64,000 nucleotides of DNA from Acidobacteria bacterium RIFCSPLOWO2_12_FULL_66_21 (GCA_001767455.1 MELC01000044.1:30163-94162), one strand, 5' to 3'; numbered from the stretch's first letter, positions 6,410 to 16,128 are shown. A program made the numbers and translations. The notes: a model not told the origin generated them from the sequence alone.

Positions 6410-6732
6410 ACAGGGAGCCACCGCTGTACCCGACGCCGCATGGCTTCCCCGTGTGGCGATGGTTCCGCCCCATGATTGCCCACGACCCGACACACCTCGA
6501 TGTTACGAAGCCGGCCGATCGCATCGGCCTTTGCTCGACCGGTGATCACGACGCACGGAAAGAGCTTGCTCGCACGCCTGAGCAATCGTCGCGTGGACGC
6601 ACGCATGGCGGCGTGTGCCGGCGCGTTGACCAGCGGTGCGAGCGTGCCGTCGTAGTCGAACGCCAGCAGGACATTCGACCACGCGAACATCTCAAGCAGA
6701 TCTCGATGACCGCGCTCGCGGCCATTGAGCAC
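6391..6732 (-). pseudogene. otsB: Trehalose-phosphatase OtsB N-terminal remnant (HAD motif I region only)
   Basis: 'LLAFDYDGTLAPLVNAPAHAAM...LFPCVVITGRAKADA...VVGNHGAEP'. Homology ends near 6408 and a stop follows at 6391. The likely start is ATG 6690 or GTG 6732. Confidence 0.7.
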
Positions 6733-7488
6733 AACGACTTCGCCCGCCTTCCCGGTGGCGTGTTCAGAAGGGCGTACGTGCGAGCGTTCGCGGCCGAGGT
6801 GGGGTTGAATGCCGACGAGCTCGTGCGCGAGTATCGCGCGCGATTCGAGACTGAACTACCAGCCGGGCCGCTTTTACGTCACGAAGCCGATTGGAAGCAT
6901 CGTCTTCGTCTCTCTCACCGGTTCCCGGCCGTGTTGGTAACCGCCGTCGGAATATTGATCTGCGGGTGGCTGATCTTGGAGCGTGACCAGGTCCCTGACG
7001 AGGCATCGGACGGGCGAATGCCGAGCGCAGTGGAGGGCGACCTCCCAGAGAACACCGCGCAGACAGACGATTCGGATGGCACGGAGGAGGTCGCCTTCGC
7101 CAAGGCGGCCGTCACCGAGACGGGCGCCCAGTCGTTGCGACTGGAGATTCGACTCAATGGACCGTGCTGGGTCTCCGCCGTGGCAGACGGAGAGCGTGTG
7201 GTCTATCGCCTGATGCAGCCCGGTGAGCGGACGCTGGTTGAAGCGCGCAGCGTGATCACGCTCCGTGTCGGCGACGCAGGCACGGTCGCCTATTCGATCA
7301 ATGGAGCGACAGGCCGACCACTCGGCAGGAACGGCGAGGCCGTCACGGTCCGCATCACCAATGACAACCTTGGAAGTCTGTACGCGGAGCCTGCGAGTGT
7401 GACTCCCACCGAAGGTGCGGCCACGCAAATCGGGTCGGGGCCTGGCCGCAATCTGGCAGCGAATGGCCAACGAGCAGTCGCCACGTAG
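6706..7488 (+). CDS. RodZ-like protein (TM segment plus C-terminal DUF4115); N-terminal HTH apparently truncated
   Basis: 'LAAIEHNDFARLPGGVFRRAYVRAFAAEVGLNADELVREY' is the end of the RodZ HTH region. The TM segment is 'FPAVLVTAVGILICGWLIL'. DUF4115-like 'LRLEIRLNGPCWVSAVADGERVVYRLMQPGERTLVEARSVITLRVGDAGTVAYSING'. The first ~35 aa of a normal HTH are missing, and the 5' end overlaps the otsB remnant. Confidence 0.6.
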   Translation: MTALAAIEHNDFARLPGGVFRRAYVRAFAAEVGLNADELVREYRARFETELPAGPLLRHEADWKHRLRLSHRFPAVLVTAVGILICGWLILERDQVPDEASDGRMPSAVEGDLPENTAQTDDSDGTEEVAFAKAAVTETGAQSLRLEIRLNGPCWVSAVADGERVVYRLMQPGERTLVEARSVITLRVGDAGTVAYSINGATGRPLGRNGEAVTVRITNDNLGSLYAEPASVTPTEGAATQIGSGPGRNLAANGQRAVAT

Positions 7489-7528
7489 ACGATGTGACCT
7501 TCGGATTACTCAGAAACGAGTCGGCGCC

Positions 7529-7635
7529 ATCTGCATCGCCGAGGGTAAACCATCCTGTTCCCCACACCGTCTAAGGGGAAGAACATGGGAGCCCCGCCGC
7601 TATTCCTCGTCCAGGGAACACTGGATCTGCTGGTG
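7529..7635 (+). repeat. 107-bp direct repeat, copy 2 (functional padR leader, RBS and first 17 codons)
   Basis: See 4843-4949. Offset between copies is 2686 bp. Confidence 0.9.
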
Positions 7636-7917
7636 CTCCGGGCACTGGCCTCCGGCGCCATGCATGGGTACGGCATCGCCACCAAAGTGCGCGAGCGTAC
7701 TGGCGGCGTGCTGAGCATCGAGGATGCGGCGCTCTATCAGTCGCTGCATCGGCTCGATCGGCAGGGCCTGGTCGATGCCGAGTGGGGGCCATCGGAGAAC
7801 AACCGCCGCGCCCGCTTCTACACGCTCACGGCAGCCGGGCGGAAGCGCCTGCGTGAAGAGACCGCCAACTGGCGGCGCTACTCGCGCGCGGTGGAAGCCG
7901 TGCTGCAAGACGCATGA
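7585..7917 (+). CDS. PadR-family transcriptional regulator
   Basis: 'QGTLDLLVLRALASGAMHGYGIATKVRERTGGVLSIEDAALYQSLHRLDRQGLVDAEW...RRARFYTLTAAGRKRL'. The stop overlaps the permease start (ATGA). Confidence 0.9.
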   Translation: MGAPPLFLVQGTLDLLVLRALASGAMHGYGIATKVRERTGGVLSIEDAALYQSLHRLDRQGLVDAEWGPSENNRRARFYTLTAAGRKRLREETANWRRYSRAVEAVLQDA

Positions 7918-10559
7918 AACAACGCCCGTTCTGGTACATCCGGCGTCGATCGGTGCAAGCCGAGGTGGACGAGGAGTTGCGCCTGCATCTCGAGATGCGA
8001 GTTGAAGAGCTCCGATCCACCGGGATGCCCGTCGAGGATGCGCGCCGGGAGGCGCTGAAGCAGTTCGGCGATCTCGAGGGAGCGCGGGAGTACTGCCGGC
8101 GGCAGGATGAGGAAAAGGAGAGCGAGATGCAACGATCCCTGATGTTCCAGGACCTCGGGGAGGACATCCGGATTGGCCTCCGGAGCCTGATGCGCGTCCC
8201 CATCCTGTCTCTGACGGTCATCGTAACGGTGGGGGTCGGCATCGGCGCGACCGCGGCCATCTTCAGCGCGATCGACGCCGCGCTGCTTCGGCCGCTGCCG
8301 TATGCGCATCCCGAACGCCTCGTGCGCATCTACACCGATGCGCCGCCGTTCAAATGGCGTTTCTCCGCCGCAGACTACCTCGCGTTTCGCGAGCAGCAGA
8401 CGCAATTCGAAGAGAGCGCCACCTACACCGACAGGACGGTGATTTACAGCGACGGCGTCTCGTCCGACGTGGCGCGCGCACGGGTGGTCTCGTGGGCGTT
8501 CTTCTCGGTGCTCGCCGTCCGGCCCGCGATCGGCCGCGACTTCGCCGAACCGGACGGGCGGCCGGGCACGCCACCGTCCGTCGTGGCCAGTCACGCCTTC
8601 TGGCAGCAGCGTCTCGGAGGCCGTGCGGATGCGATCGGCCGGCCGATCAAGCTGGATGGCGCCGAGCACACGGTCATCGGTGTACTGCCGGCGCTGTCGG
8701 GGCCGCTCGAACGTCGCCAGGACCTGTTCATCGTTCAGCAGTTCACCCCGCCGCGGCGCAAGGGTCCCTTCCTCTATTCGGTCGTCGCGCGGCTCCCCGA
8801 AGGGACGGATCGATCCCTGGCCGCGGGCGAGCTGCGCGCCGTCAACAAACGGATCTTCCCGATGTGGAAGGCCTCGTACCAGGACGACAGGGCCACCTGG
8901 GGCATGGAGGATCTCAAGGGCGCTGTCGTCGGTGACGTGCACGCAATTGCCGGCCTGGCGCTTGGATCTGTGGCGCTGGTGTGGCTGATCGCATGCGCGA
9001 ATGCGTCGAACCTGCTGATCGCGCGCGTGACGAGCCGCCGGCAGGAACTGGCCGTCCGCGCCGCGCTCGGCGCGTCGCGCGGACGCGTCGTGCGGTATCT
9101 CCTCGCGGAGAGCGCCGTGCTCGCCACAGGCGCCGTTGCGCTCGGCGCGGGCGTCGCCTGGGCCGGCGTCCAACTGCTGCAGGGGATGGGCTCGACCTAC
9201 TTTCCACGGACGCAGGAGATGGCGTTGGATACGCGGGTGGTGTGGCTGCTGGCGGGTCTGGCAACCTGCAGCGGACTGATCTTCGGGCTGGTGCCAGCGC
9301 TGCACGGCGTGGGCGGCTCAGTCGATGCATCGTTGCGATCGCTCGGGCGATCGTCAACCGGCAACCTCGCGGTCCGGCGTCTTCGCCGTGCGCTCGTGGC
9401 CGCACAGTTCGCCATCGCGACGCCGCTCCTCATCGCCGCCGGCCTGCTCCTCTCGAGCCTGAATCAGATGAAGAACGTCGACCTTGGGTTCGATCAGCGC
9501 AATGTGATCACCGGATCGATCCGGCTGCCCGCCGCACAGTATCAGGATGCAGGACGGGTACGAGTGTTCTGGGACGAGCTGGCGCGCCGCGTGACCGCGC
9601 TGCCGGGCGTGGCGGGCGTCGCGTTCACCGACGGCTTGCCGCCCAACGGCGCGAGTAATCGCAATAACTTCGATCTCGAGGATTTCCCGACACCTCCAGG
9701 ACAATCGCAGCCAGTCGCCCCGTGGGTGTCGACGACGCCGGAGTATTTCCGGGTGCTGGGTCTCAGGTTGCTCGAAGGGCGGCTGCTCGACGAACGCGAT
9801 GCACTGACGGAGAATCTCGAAACGGTCGTGGTCGATCGCGCGTGGGCGCGGCGCTTCTTTCCTGACGGAAGCGCCGTCGGCAAGCGGTTCCGCGAAGGCG
9901 GATGCACGGCATGTCCGTGGACCAGCGTCGGCGGCGTGGTGAGCGAGGTGAAATACCTCGGCCTCGACAAGCCGGATGACGGCACCGTCTATTGGCCGAT
10001 GCGAGGAACCGAGCGCGGGCTCGATCGGTTTCTCGTGGTCCGCACGCACGCGAGTCCATCGGGCGTATTGCCGGCCCTGCAGCGGGCGGTGCGCGAGATC
10101 GACCCGTCCGTGCCGCTCTCGAAGGTCGCGACGATGAACGATCTCGTCGCGCAATCGCTCGAGCGTCCGCAGTCGCTGTCGTTCCTGGTGGCGGCGTTCG
10201 CGCTCGTGGCGCTCGTGCTGTCGGTCGTCGGCATCTACGGCGTGATGGGGTACTACGTGCAGCAGCATCGGAAGGACATCAGCATCCGCATGGCGCTCGG
10301 CGGCAGCTCCGCCGACGTGCTGCGGCTCGTGATGGGCGACGGCATGCGCGTCGTCATCGCGGGGATCTTCGTCGGCGCGCTCGCCGCGCTCGGCCTGACA
10401 CGATTGATGTCGAGCCTCCTGTTCGGCGTCAGCGCCGCAGACGCGCTCACGTTCGTGACCGTGAGCGCCGGGCTGGCGATCGTGGCGCTCGCCGCGTGCT
10501 TCGTGCCGGCCCGACGAGCGGTCGGTATCCAGCCGGCAGCCGTCCTGCGAAATGACTAG
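7914..10559 (+). CDS. ADOP-family duplicated MacB/FtsX-like ABC permease (881 aa)
   Basis: N-terminal helical region 'VDEELRLHLEMRVEEL' is typical of PadR-coupled ADOP proteins. It has two MacB-type periplasmic plus FtsX 4-TM halves ('VGIGATAAIFSAIDAALLRPLPY', 'IACANASNLLIARVTSRRQELAVRAALGASRGRVV', 'KDISIRMALGGSSADVLRLVM'). Confidence 0.9.
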   Translation: MKQRPFWYIRRRSVQAEVDEELRLHLEMRVEELRSTGMPVEDARREALKQFGDLEGAREYCRRQDEEKESEMQRSLMFQDLGEDIRIGLRSLMRVPILSLTVIVTVGVGIGATAAIFSAIDAALLRPLPYAHPERLVRIYTDAPPFKWRFSAADYLAFREQQTQFEESATYTDRTVIYSDGVSSDVARARVVSWAFFSVLAVRPAIGRDFAEPDGRPGTPPSVVASHAFWQQRLGGRADAIGRPIKLDGAEHTVIGVLPALSGPLERRQDLFIVQQFTPPRRKGPFLYSVVARLPEGTDRSLAAGELRAVNKRIFPMWKASYQDDRATWGMEDLKGAVVGDVHAIAGLALGSVALVWLIACANASNLLIARVTSRRQELAVRAALGASRGRVVRYLLAESAVLATGAVALGAGVAWAGVQLLQGMGSTYFPRTQEMALDTRVVWLLAGLATCSGLIFGLVPALHGVGGSVDASLRSLGRSSTGNLAVRRLRRALVAAQFAIATPLLIAAGLLLSSLNQMKNVDLGFDQRNVITGSIRLPAAQYQDAGRVRVFWDELARRVTALPGVAGVAFTDGLPPNGASNRNNFDLEDFPTPPGQSQPVAPWVSTTPEYFRVLGLRLLEGRLLDERDALTENLETVVVDRAWARRFFPDGSAVGKRFREGGCTACPWTSVGGVVSEVKYLGLDKPDDGTVYWPMRGTERGLDRFLVVRTHASPSGVLPALQRAVREIDPSVPLSKVATMNDLVAQSLERPQSLSFLVAAFALVALVLSVVGIYGVMGYYVQQHRKDISIRMALGGSSADVLRLVMGDGMRVVIAGIFVGALAALGLTRLMSSLLFGVSAADALTFVTVSAGLAIVALAACFVPARRAVGIQPAAVLRND

Positions 10560-10599
10560 CTGGCTCGCGCCGACTGCACCCGCTGCCCGTGGTGTTCCT

Positions 10600-12021
10600 T
10601 CACTTCGTCCGTCCGGCCGCGAGGTCCACATATCCCACCCCGTCGCGGTACGTAATCCGGGTGCCGAACGGCTCTGACAGCCTGATCAAATCGTCGATAA
10701 TCTTTTTTCCCATCTCCGGCTCCGCTGGCATCGGCCGGCCGCGCTCGAACGCCGGCTTCCCGTGGCCCAGCGAGGTCGGGTGAAGCGCCAGCTCCACCAG
10801 CGTCTTGCCCCTGAACCGCGGCACGGCAATCACGGCTTGCCAGATCAGCGGATCGGCGGGGAACCCGCGGCGGTCGCCGTCGTAGCGGCGATCGTTGAAG
10901 TCGGCCACGTGCGCGTCCGCCCCGAGGTTGTACGGCTCGTAATTCTCGCTCGGCAGCCGGAGCAGCGTCTCGTTCTGGAAGATGAAATCGCCGAGGCTGT
11001 AGAGGATTGGCTTGCCCTTGTAGACCTCGATGCCGCGCAGCACGTGCGGGCCATGGCCCACGAACACGTCCGCGCCGCTGTCCACCATCGCGCGCGCGAA
11101 CGTGACGAGGAACTGCGCCGGCACGAGGCGGTCTCGATTCCCCTCGTGCGAGTGGATCGCCACGATCGTGTAGTCGGCCAGTCGCGCCGCGCCCCTGACG
11201 GCGGCGGCGATCTCCTTCAGGTCTCCCTCGTGCGGCGCCGTTCGGATGCCGGGCGTGTCGCCGGCCACCACGCGGGTGCCGAGCACGTTCAGGGATTGTG
11301 GCGCGCCCTGCGGCGCGCTTCCGCCTCGGCCGCCGCCGGCCAGCCCAGACGCCGTGAGCGCCTCGCGCAGCTTTGCCAGCCCGTCCGGCGTCGTCGTGTA
11401 CGTCGTCGTATACCGCAGCGGATTCAAGCCGGGCCGTGCCGGCATGTCGCCGCGGGAGCGCCCGGCGCGGGAGTGGTCCGGGAACGTGGAGGCGACCGAG
11501 ATGAGCGCGACGCGCGCCCTCGCGGCCTCGAGGAACTTCGGCTCGCGTGCCTCGAGGAGACTCTCGCCGACGCCGGCCTGCACCAGCCCGGCCGCGGCAA
11601 CGTGCTTCGTCGTGAGACGCATCCCCTCCACCCCGTAGTCTCCGGAGTGGTTGTTCGCGCGCGACACGAGGTCGAACCCGGCCCAGACCAGTTCCTTCGC
11701 CAGCGCCGGATCGGCGCGCATGTACGTGCCGCCGCTTTCGTTCATCGGGTACGGCTCGTAGTCGTGGAACAGCATCTCGAGGTTGGTGAAGGCGACGTCG
11801 GCGCCGCGAATCAGGCCGATCATCCGGAGGAAGGCCGGTTCCGTGTACACCGAGAGCCGGCGCGTGATGATGGAGTCGCCGGTGAGCGCCATCGAGAACG
11901 CGTCCGCGACAGCCTGGTCGGGAAGGGGCCCGGCAGGCCCCCCTGCCGGCCGCTGAGCGGCCAACAGAGCCGACGAAATCAGCAGCACCGATGCGAGCGA
12001 CACGTGTGTTCGCATTCTCAT
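10600..12021 (-). CDS. CapA-family (PGA_cap metallophosphatase-like) protein, secreted
   Basis: Signal peptide. 'ADVAFTNLEMLF', 'GFDLVSRANNHSGDYG', 'VAIHSHEGN' and 'VFVGHGPHVLRGIEVYKGKPILYSLGDF' match CapA/PgsA-like motifs. Confidence 0.8.
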   Translation of the reverse strand: MRMRTHVSLASVLLISSALLAAQRPAGGPAGPLPDQAVADAFSMALTGDSIITRRLSVYTEPAFLRMIGLIRGADVAFTNLEMLFHDYEPYPMNESGGTYMRADPALAKELVWAGFDLVSRANNHSGDYGVEGMRLTTKHVAAAGLVQAGVGESLLEAREPKFLEAARARVALISVASTFPDHSRAGRSRGDMPARPGLNPLRYTTTYTTTPDGLAKLREALTASGLAGGGRGGSAPQGAPQSLNVLGTRVVAGDTPGIRTAPHEGDLKEIAAAVRGAARLADYTIVAIHSHEGNRDRLVPAQFLVTFARAMVDSGADVFVGHGPHVLRGIEVYKGKPILYSLGDFIFQNETLLRLPSENYEPYNLGADAHVADFNDRRYDGDRRGFPADPLIWQAVIAVPRFRGKTLVELALHPTSLGHGKPAFERGRPMPAEPEMGKKIIDDLIRLSEPFGTRITYRDGVGYVDLAAGRTK

Positions 12022-12202
12022 GACCGGGGCCTCCTCGAGTGTTATTCGGATCTCAATACCGCAAGAGGCTCGCTACCGGGAGCGCGGTGTGCCGGAATAT
12101 ACGTGACCGCCGTCGCGACGGCAAGGAGCCCAAGCGCGAAGCTTTGGGCAGTCGACGTAGCGTGAGGCCAACTTATTCCGCGTCAGCGTGGGATTGCCGG
12201 CG

Positions 12203-12976
12203 CTACCGCCGGGCGCACGTGCTCGTGTGGGCCGCGAGATCGTAGGTGCACCGCGCGGTGGCGCCGTCCACTGTGATCTCGACCTGGACGATGTTCGTCC
12301 CGTTGAACGTCTCCTGGCGACGCGTCGTCACCGTCCGCGTTTCCGAGCCGCGCGTGGTCGTGGTGACGGTCGCATGCACGGTTACGCCCGATAGCGGATA
12401 GGCCGGACCGCCGTCCCGGCTTCTCACCGGAACGACGAGGTCGGTCGTCGCATCATTGATGGACGTGTTCGTGCTCCCCGATGGCGACCTCACGACGACC
12501 GTCCCCTGCTCGCTGCCGTTCAGCGTGTGCGTGGTCGCGCCGGAGCCCAGCCCGGTTGTCGTCATCGTGCCGCGGCGATTCAGCGTCACCGTGGCGTCGC
12601 CTCGCGACGTCGTACCGTTCGCGGTCGTCTCGGTCTTGATGGAGGCGGTGGTCTTCGGGTCGAACGCCGACTGGACGGCGCCCTTCGCGTCGTAGAGGGT
12701 GAACCGCCTCGTGAACGTGATCCCATCCCGGCTTTGATCCGGGCACGTGAACTGCCCTGTTGCCGGATCGAACACACAGGCCCCACGCCCGCCGGCTGTC
12801 TCGGCGCCGTTCACGCTGAACATCGGCGTGTCCGGACTGGCGAGCGGCGGCAGCGTCCCGCTCTGGCTCTGCCCCGTGGACGTCGCGCCGGGCGAAACGG
12901 GACCACTCGCGGAATTCGAACAACCCGTCATCACCAGTGCCAGGAACGCCAGGACGATCAACCGTTTGCCGGCCAT
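12203..12976 (-). CDS. Thr/Gly-rich lipoprotein of unknown function
   Basis: Lipobox 'LALVMTGCSNS' after 'MAGKRLIVLAF'. No recognised domain. Confidence 0.6.
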   Translation of the reverse strand: MAGKRLIVLAFLALVMTGCSNSASGPVSPGATSTGQSQSGTLPPLASPDTPMFSVNGAETAGGRGACVFDPATGQFTCPDQSRDGITFTRRFTLYDAKGAVQSAFDPKTTASIKTETTANGTTSRGDATVTLNRRGTMTTTGLGSGATTHTLNGSEQGTVVVRSPSGSTNTSINDATTDLVVPVRSRDGGPAYPLSGVTVHATVTTTTRGSETRTVTTRRQETFNGTNIVQVEITVDGATARCTYDLAAHTSTCARR

Positions 12977-13061
12977 AACCACCCTCCAGGGCAGACACAC
13001 CTGCCACTCCACGGAAGCTTAGACCAGGGATCAGCCTGGAGGTTACTTCCCGTGGAGGGCC

Positions 13062-13523
13062 CTACTTGTATGCGCCGACGCCGCAAACCTCGCTGCCCAC
13101 CTTGCGCACGAAGCTGACCTTCGGCTCGACTTGCTTGGTAGCCGGGTTCGTCCATCTGTATTCCACCGAGCCGCCGCCCGGCTTGTTGCCCGTGGTCCAC
13201 AGCTCGGTGCCGAAGGCCTTGCCGTCCACGTCCTTCAGCGTGTCGATGTTGGTGCCGACCTGGCTCCGGTCGGCGCCGTGCGCCGTCACCGTCCGGTCGG
13301 TACCGAAGCAGAACACGTAGAGATCGCGATCGGCGAACGGCGCCTTCTTTGCGGTGAAGTCGGCGAGCGCCTGGGCGCGGCCGGCCTTTTCGTAGTGGGC
13401 GATCGCCCTGGTCAGCAGGCCCTGGGCCTCGGCCGGCGTGCCGCGCGTCGGACCGGAGGTCTGCGCGAGAACGGCGGTCGCGCATCCCGCGAGGAAAAGG
13501 GTCACCAGCGATCGGATCCGCAT
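13062..13523 (-). CDS. Periplasmic single-Cache-like (sCache_2-type) domain protein
   Basis: Signal peptide 'MRIRSLVTLFLAGCATAVLAQ'. 'DLYVFCFGTDRTVTAHGA...DVDGKAFGTELW...GGGSVEYRWTNPATKQVEPKVSFVRKVGSEVCGVGAYK'. Confidence 0.65.
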   Translation of the reverse strand: MRIRSLVTLFLAGCATAVLAQTSGPTRGTPAEAQGLLTRAIAHYEKAGRAQALADFTAKKAPFADRDLYVFCFGTDRTVTAHGADRSQVGTNIDTLKDVDGKAFGTELWTTGNKPGGGSVEYRWTNPATKQVEPKVSFVRKVGSEVCGVGAYK

Positions 13524-13867
13524 GGTCTGCTCCTTTCGCGCAGGCAGGGGGCCTGCGAAGTCGGGCAGTGTATCACCGGCACGGCTTACTTGCAGCCTCT
13601 CGACATCCACAGGCCGATCGGTCCCGCGCTCGCGTAAATGACCGCCCCGTACATCGCCACGCGGGCGAAGCCGTCGCTCATCGCCACGTGAATCGCCAGC
13701 GTCGCCCCCAGTACGGACATGGCGCCGTTGACCCCCCACGCCCACGCCAGCACTCCGGGCCGATTATCGCCGTGGCGACGGAAGCGTCAGGGCTGCGGGC
13801 GATCGGCAACCGCGCGAGTTGTTCATTTCAGCACATCCCAAGGGTGTCCGGCAGGCGGATCATCGGG

Positions 13868-15754
13868 GTGGCCGTTATCGCGAGGGTCCGCGACAACCCG
13901 GCCGAGCAACGGAGGAGGAATCTGGACGACACCCTGAAATCCGTGAAGCCCTGGGTCACGTTCGCCGGCGGGGTGCTCATTGTCGCCGTTCTGTACTGGG
14001 CGCAGGCCGTCCTCGTGCCGTTCGCGCTCGCCATCCTGCTCACGTTCGTCCTGACGCCGCCCGTCACCTGGCTCCAGCGGTGGGTCGGCCGTGTTCCGGC
14101 GGTGCTGCTGGCGGTCACGCTGGTCTTCGCGGCGCTCGGTCTCGCCGGCTGGGGTCTGACCCGGCAGATGGACCATCTGGCCGGTGACCTGCCCGGCTAT
14201 CGGGCGAATATCCGGACCAAGATCGCCGACGTGCGTCTGGCGGGCAGGGGCGGCGCGGTCGAGAAGCTGCAGGAAACGCTGGCGGGCATCAAGGCTGACC
14301 TCGACGCGTCGGCGACACCGAGAGGAACGGTGTCGCGGCCCCTCGTGGTCACCTCCAACCAGGTGACGGGTTTTCTGGGCCTGGCGTGGCTCGGGCCCGT
14401 CGTCGGGCCGCTGAGCACGGCGGGACTCATTGCAGCGATGGTCATCTTCATGCTGCTCGAACGCCGCGATCTTCGGGATCGCCTGATCGGGCTGATAGGG
14501 CACGGCCAGCTCGCCACGACCACGAAGGCATTCGACGAGGCCGCCAGTCGCGTCAGCCGGCAACTGCTGATGCAGTCCCTTGTGAGTCTGCTGTACGGCA
14601 TCGCGGTCTTCGTCGGACTGTACTTCCTTCACGTCCCCTATCCACTGGTCTGGGCGACGTTGGGTGCGGCGTTGCGATTCATCCCGTACGTCGGTCCCGT
14701 GCTCGCGGCCGCGGCGCCGATCCTCGTCAGTCTCGCGGCTCTGCAAGGGTGGACTGGTCCAGCGATTGTCCTCGCCTTTTTCGTCGTCCTCGAGCTGTTC
14801 ACGAATCTCGTGCTCGAAACGGCCCTGTATGCCGGGGCGGTCGGCGTGTCGCAGGTGGTGCTGCTCGTGTCCGTCGCGTTCTGGACGTGGCTATGGGGGC
14901 CGCTCGGGCTGCTGATGGCGTCGCCGCTGACCGTGTGCCTCGTCGTGCTCGGCAAGCACGTCCCCGGTCTCGCGTTCGTCGGCCTGCTGATGGACGACAC
15001 ACCGGCGCTCGCATCCGAGTACGGGTTCTATCAGCGCCTGGTGGCGCGCGACCAGAGCGAGGCGGCCGAACTGATCGACAGCCACATCAAGACCGAATCG
15101 CCCTCATCGGTGTACGACGCACTGCTGCTGCCGGCGCTCAGTTATGCCGAGCGTGACCGTGTCGAGCGACGGCTCTCTTCCGAAGAGGAAGCGGCCGTCA
15201 TCGACGCGACCCGGGAGTTGATCTCGGACGCGGCCGGGATGATCCGCCGTCACGCGGAGACGGAGCGACCCGCCGCGGTCGATCCCACGCTTCCGGGACC
15301 GCGCGAGCCGCTGCGCGTACTGGGCTACGCGGTCAATGGTGGTGCCGATGAAGTGGCGCTCGCGATGCTGGCACATCTGCTGGACGATCGGCCAATTGCC
15401 ATGGAGATCACCAGTGTGCGCATGCAGGCGATGGAGCTGGTGTCATTCGTAACAGACCGGAAGTTCTCTGTCGTGTGCTTCGCCGATCTCCCCCCGAGCT
15501 CGTCATCCAAAACGCGGTACCTTGTGAGAAGGCTTCGCTCGGCCGTCCCCGAATTGCGAATCGCGGTAGGCCGATGGGCCCCGGCGGCGCTGGCCGACGA
15601 GAGCCCGCAGGCGCTCCTGGACGCGGGCGCCAATTCCGTCGCCTCTCTGTTGGTCGAGAGTCGGGACTATCTCGGCGGCCTCCTGGAGATGACGCGCCTT
15701 GCAGTCCCGGACACCGCGAATGCCGCGCCAGAAGTCTACGGTGACGCTTCGTAA
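13868..15754 (+). CDS. AI-2E (PerM/YdiK) family transporter fused to a C-terminal B12-binding-like two-part module
   Basis: The membrane domain '[24 protein letters not shown]...[20 protein letters not shown]...' is typical of AI-2E. C-terminal helical cap '[38 protein letters not shown]' plus a Rossmann-like '[23 protein letters not shown]...FSVVCFADL...RIAVGRW'. The start is uncertain (GTG 13868 or GTG 13943). Confidence 0.7.
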   Translation: MAVIARVRDNPAEQRRRNLDDTLKSVKPWVTFAGGVLIVAVLYWAQAVLVPFALAILLTFVLTPPVTWLQRWVGRVPAVLLAVTLVFAALGLAGWGLTRQMDHLAGDLPGYRANIRTKIADVRLAGRGGAVEKLQETLAGIKADLDASATPRGTVSRPLVVTSNQVTGFLGLAWLGPVVGPLSTAGLIAAMVIFMLLERRDLRDRLIGLIGHGQLATTTKAFDEAASRVSRQLLMQSLVSLLYGIAVFVGLYFLHVPYPLVWATLGAALRFIPYVGPVLAAAAPILVSLAALQGWTGPAIVLAFFVVLELFTNLVLETALYAGAVGVSQVVLLVSVAFWTWLWGPLGLLMASPLTVCLVVLGKHVPGLAFVGLLMDDTPALASEYGFYQRLVARDQSEAAELIDSHIKTESPSSVYDALLLPALSYAERDRVERRLSSEEEAAVIDATRELISDAAGMIRRHAETERPAAVDPTLPGPREPLRVLGYAVNGGADEVALAMLAHLLDDRPIAMEITSVRMQAMELVSFVTDRKFSVVCFADLPPSSSSKTRYLVRRLRSAVPELRIAVGRWAPAALADESPQALLDAGANSVASLLVESRDYLGGLLEMTRLAVPDTANAAPEVYGDAS

Positions 15755-16128
15755 CGCCGCACGAGGTCGAGCCGTTCCATGCGCGCGAAGTCGGAGTCCA
15801 GCGACCACACGAGGGAGCCGGTTTCCGCTGCGAGCGCCGCGATGAGGAGATCGCCAGACCCGAAGCGCTGACCGGCACCGGCGGCCGTCTCGACCCAGCC
15901 ATCCAGGATGCGCCACGTCTCGTCGGTCGGATACAGCACGGGCAGCGCCGACAGGGCGCGCCGAAGCCGCTTGCGATCCGCCGCGGAAGCGCCGCCGAGA
16001 ATCTCCAGGCGGACCGGCACCGGCAGCGCCACCTCGTCGGCATCGAGCAGTTGCTGGAGCACGCGCGCTTCGGCACCAGCCCCCGATCGAAAGGCCGCAA
16101 TCCAGACCGACGTATCGACAAGGATCAT
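15736..16128 (-). CDS. vapC: Type II toxin VapC (PIN domain)
   Basis: '[14 protein letters not shown]', 'RLEILGG', '[14 protein letters not shown]' and 'SLDSDF'. The start overlaps the vapB stop (ATGA). Confidence 0.9.
   Translation of the reverse strand: MILVDTSVWIAAFRSGAGAEARVLQQLLDADEVALPVPVRLEILGGASAADRKRLRRALSALPVLYPTDETWRILDGWVETAAGAGQRFGSGDLLIAALAAETGSLVWSLDSDFARMERLDLVRRYEASP

Noticed and set aside
5717-6493. The 258-aa ORF as a genuine antiporter-OtsA fusion protein.
   Set aside because: It contains only the last helices of an antiporter and only the first ~100 aa of OtsA. It ends out of frame at the conserved 'EGLWP' motif, which is best explained by deletion scars.
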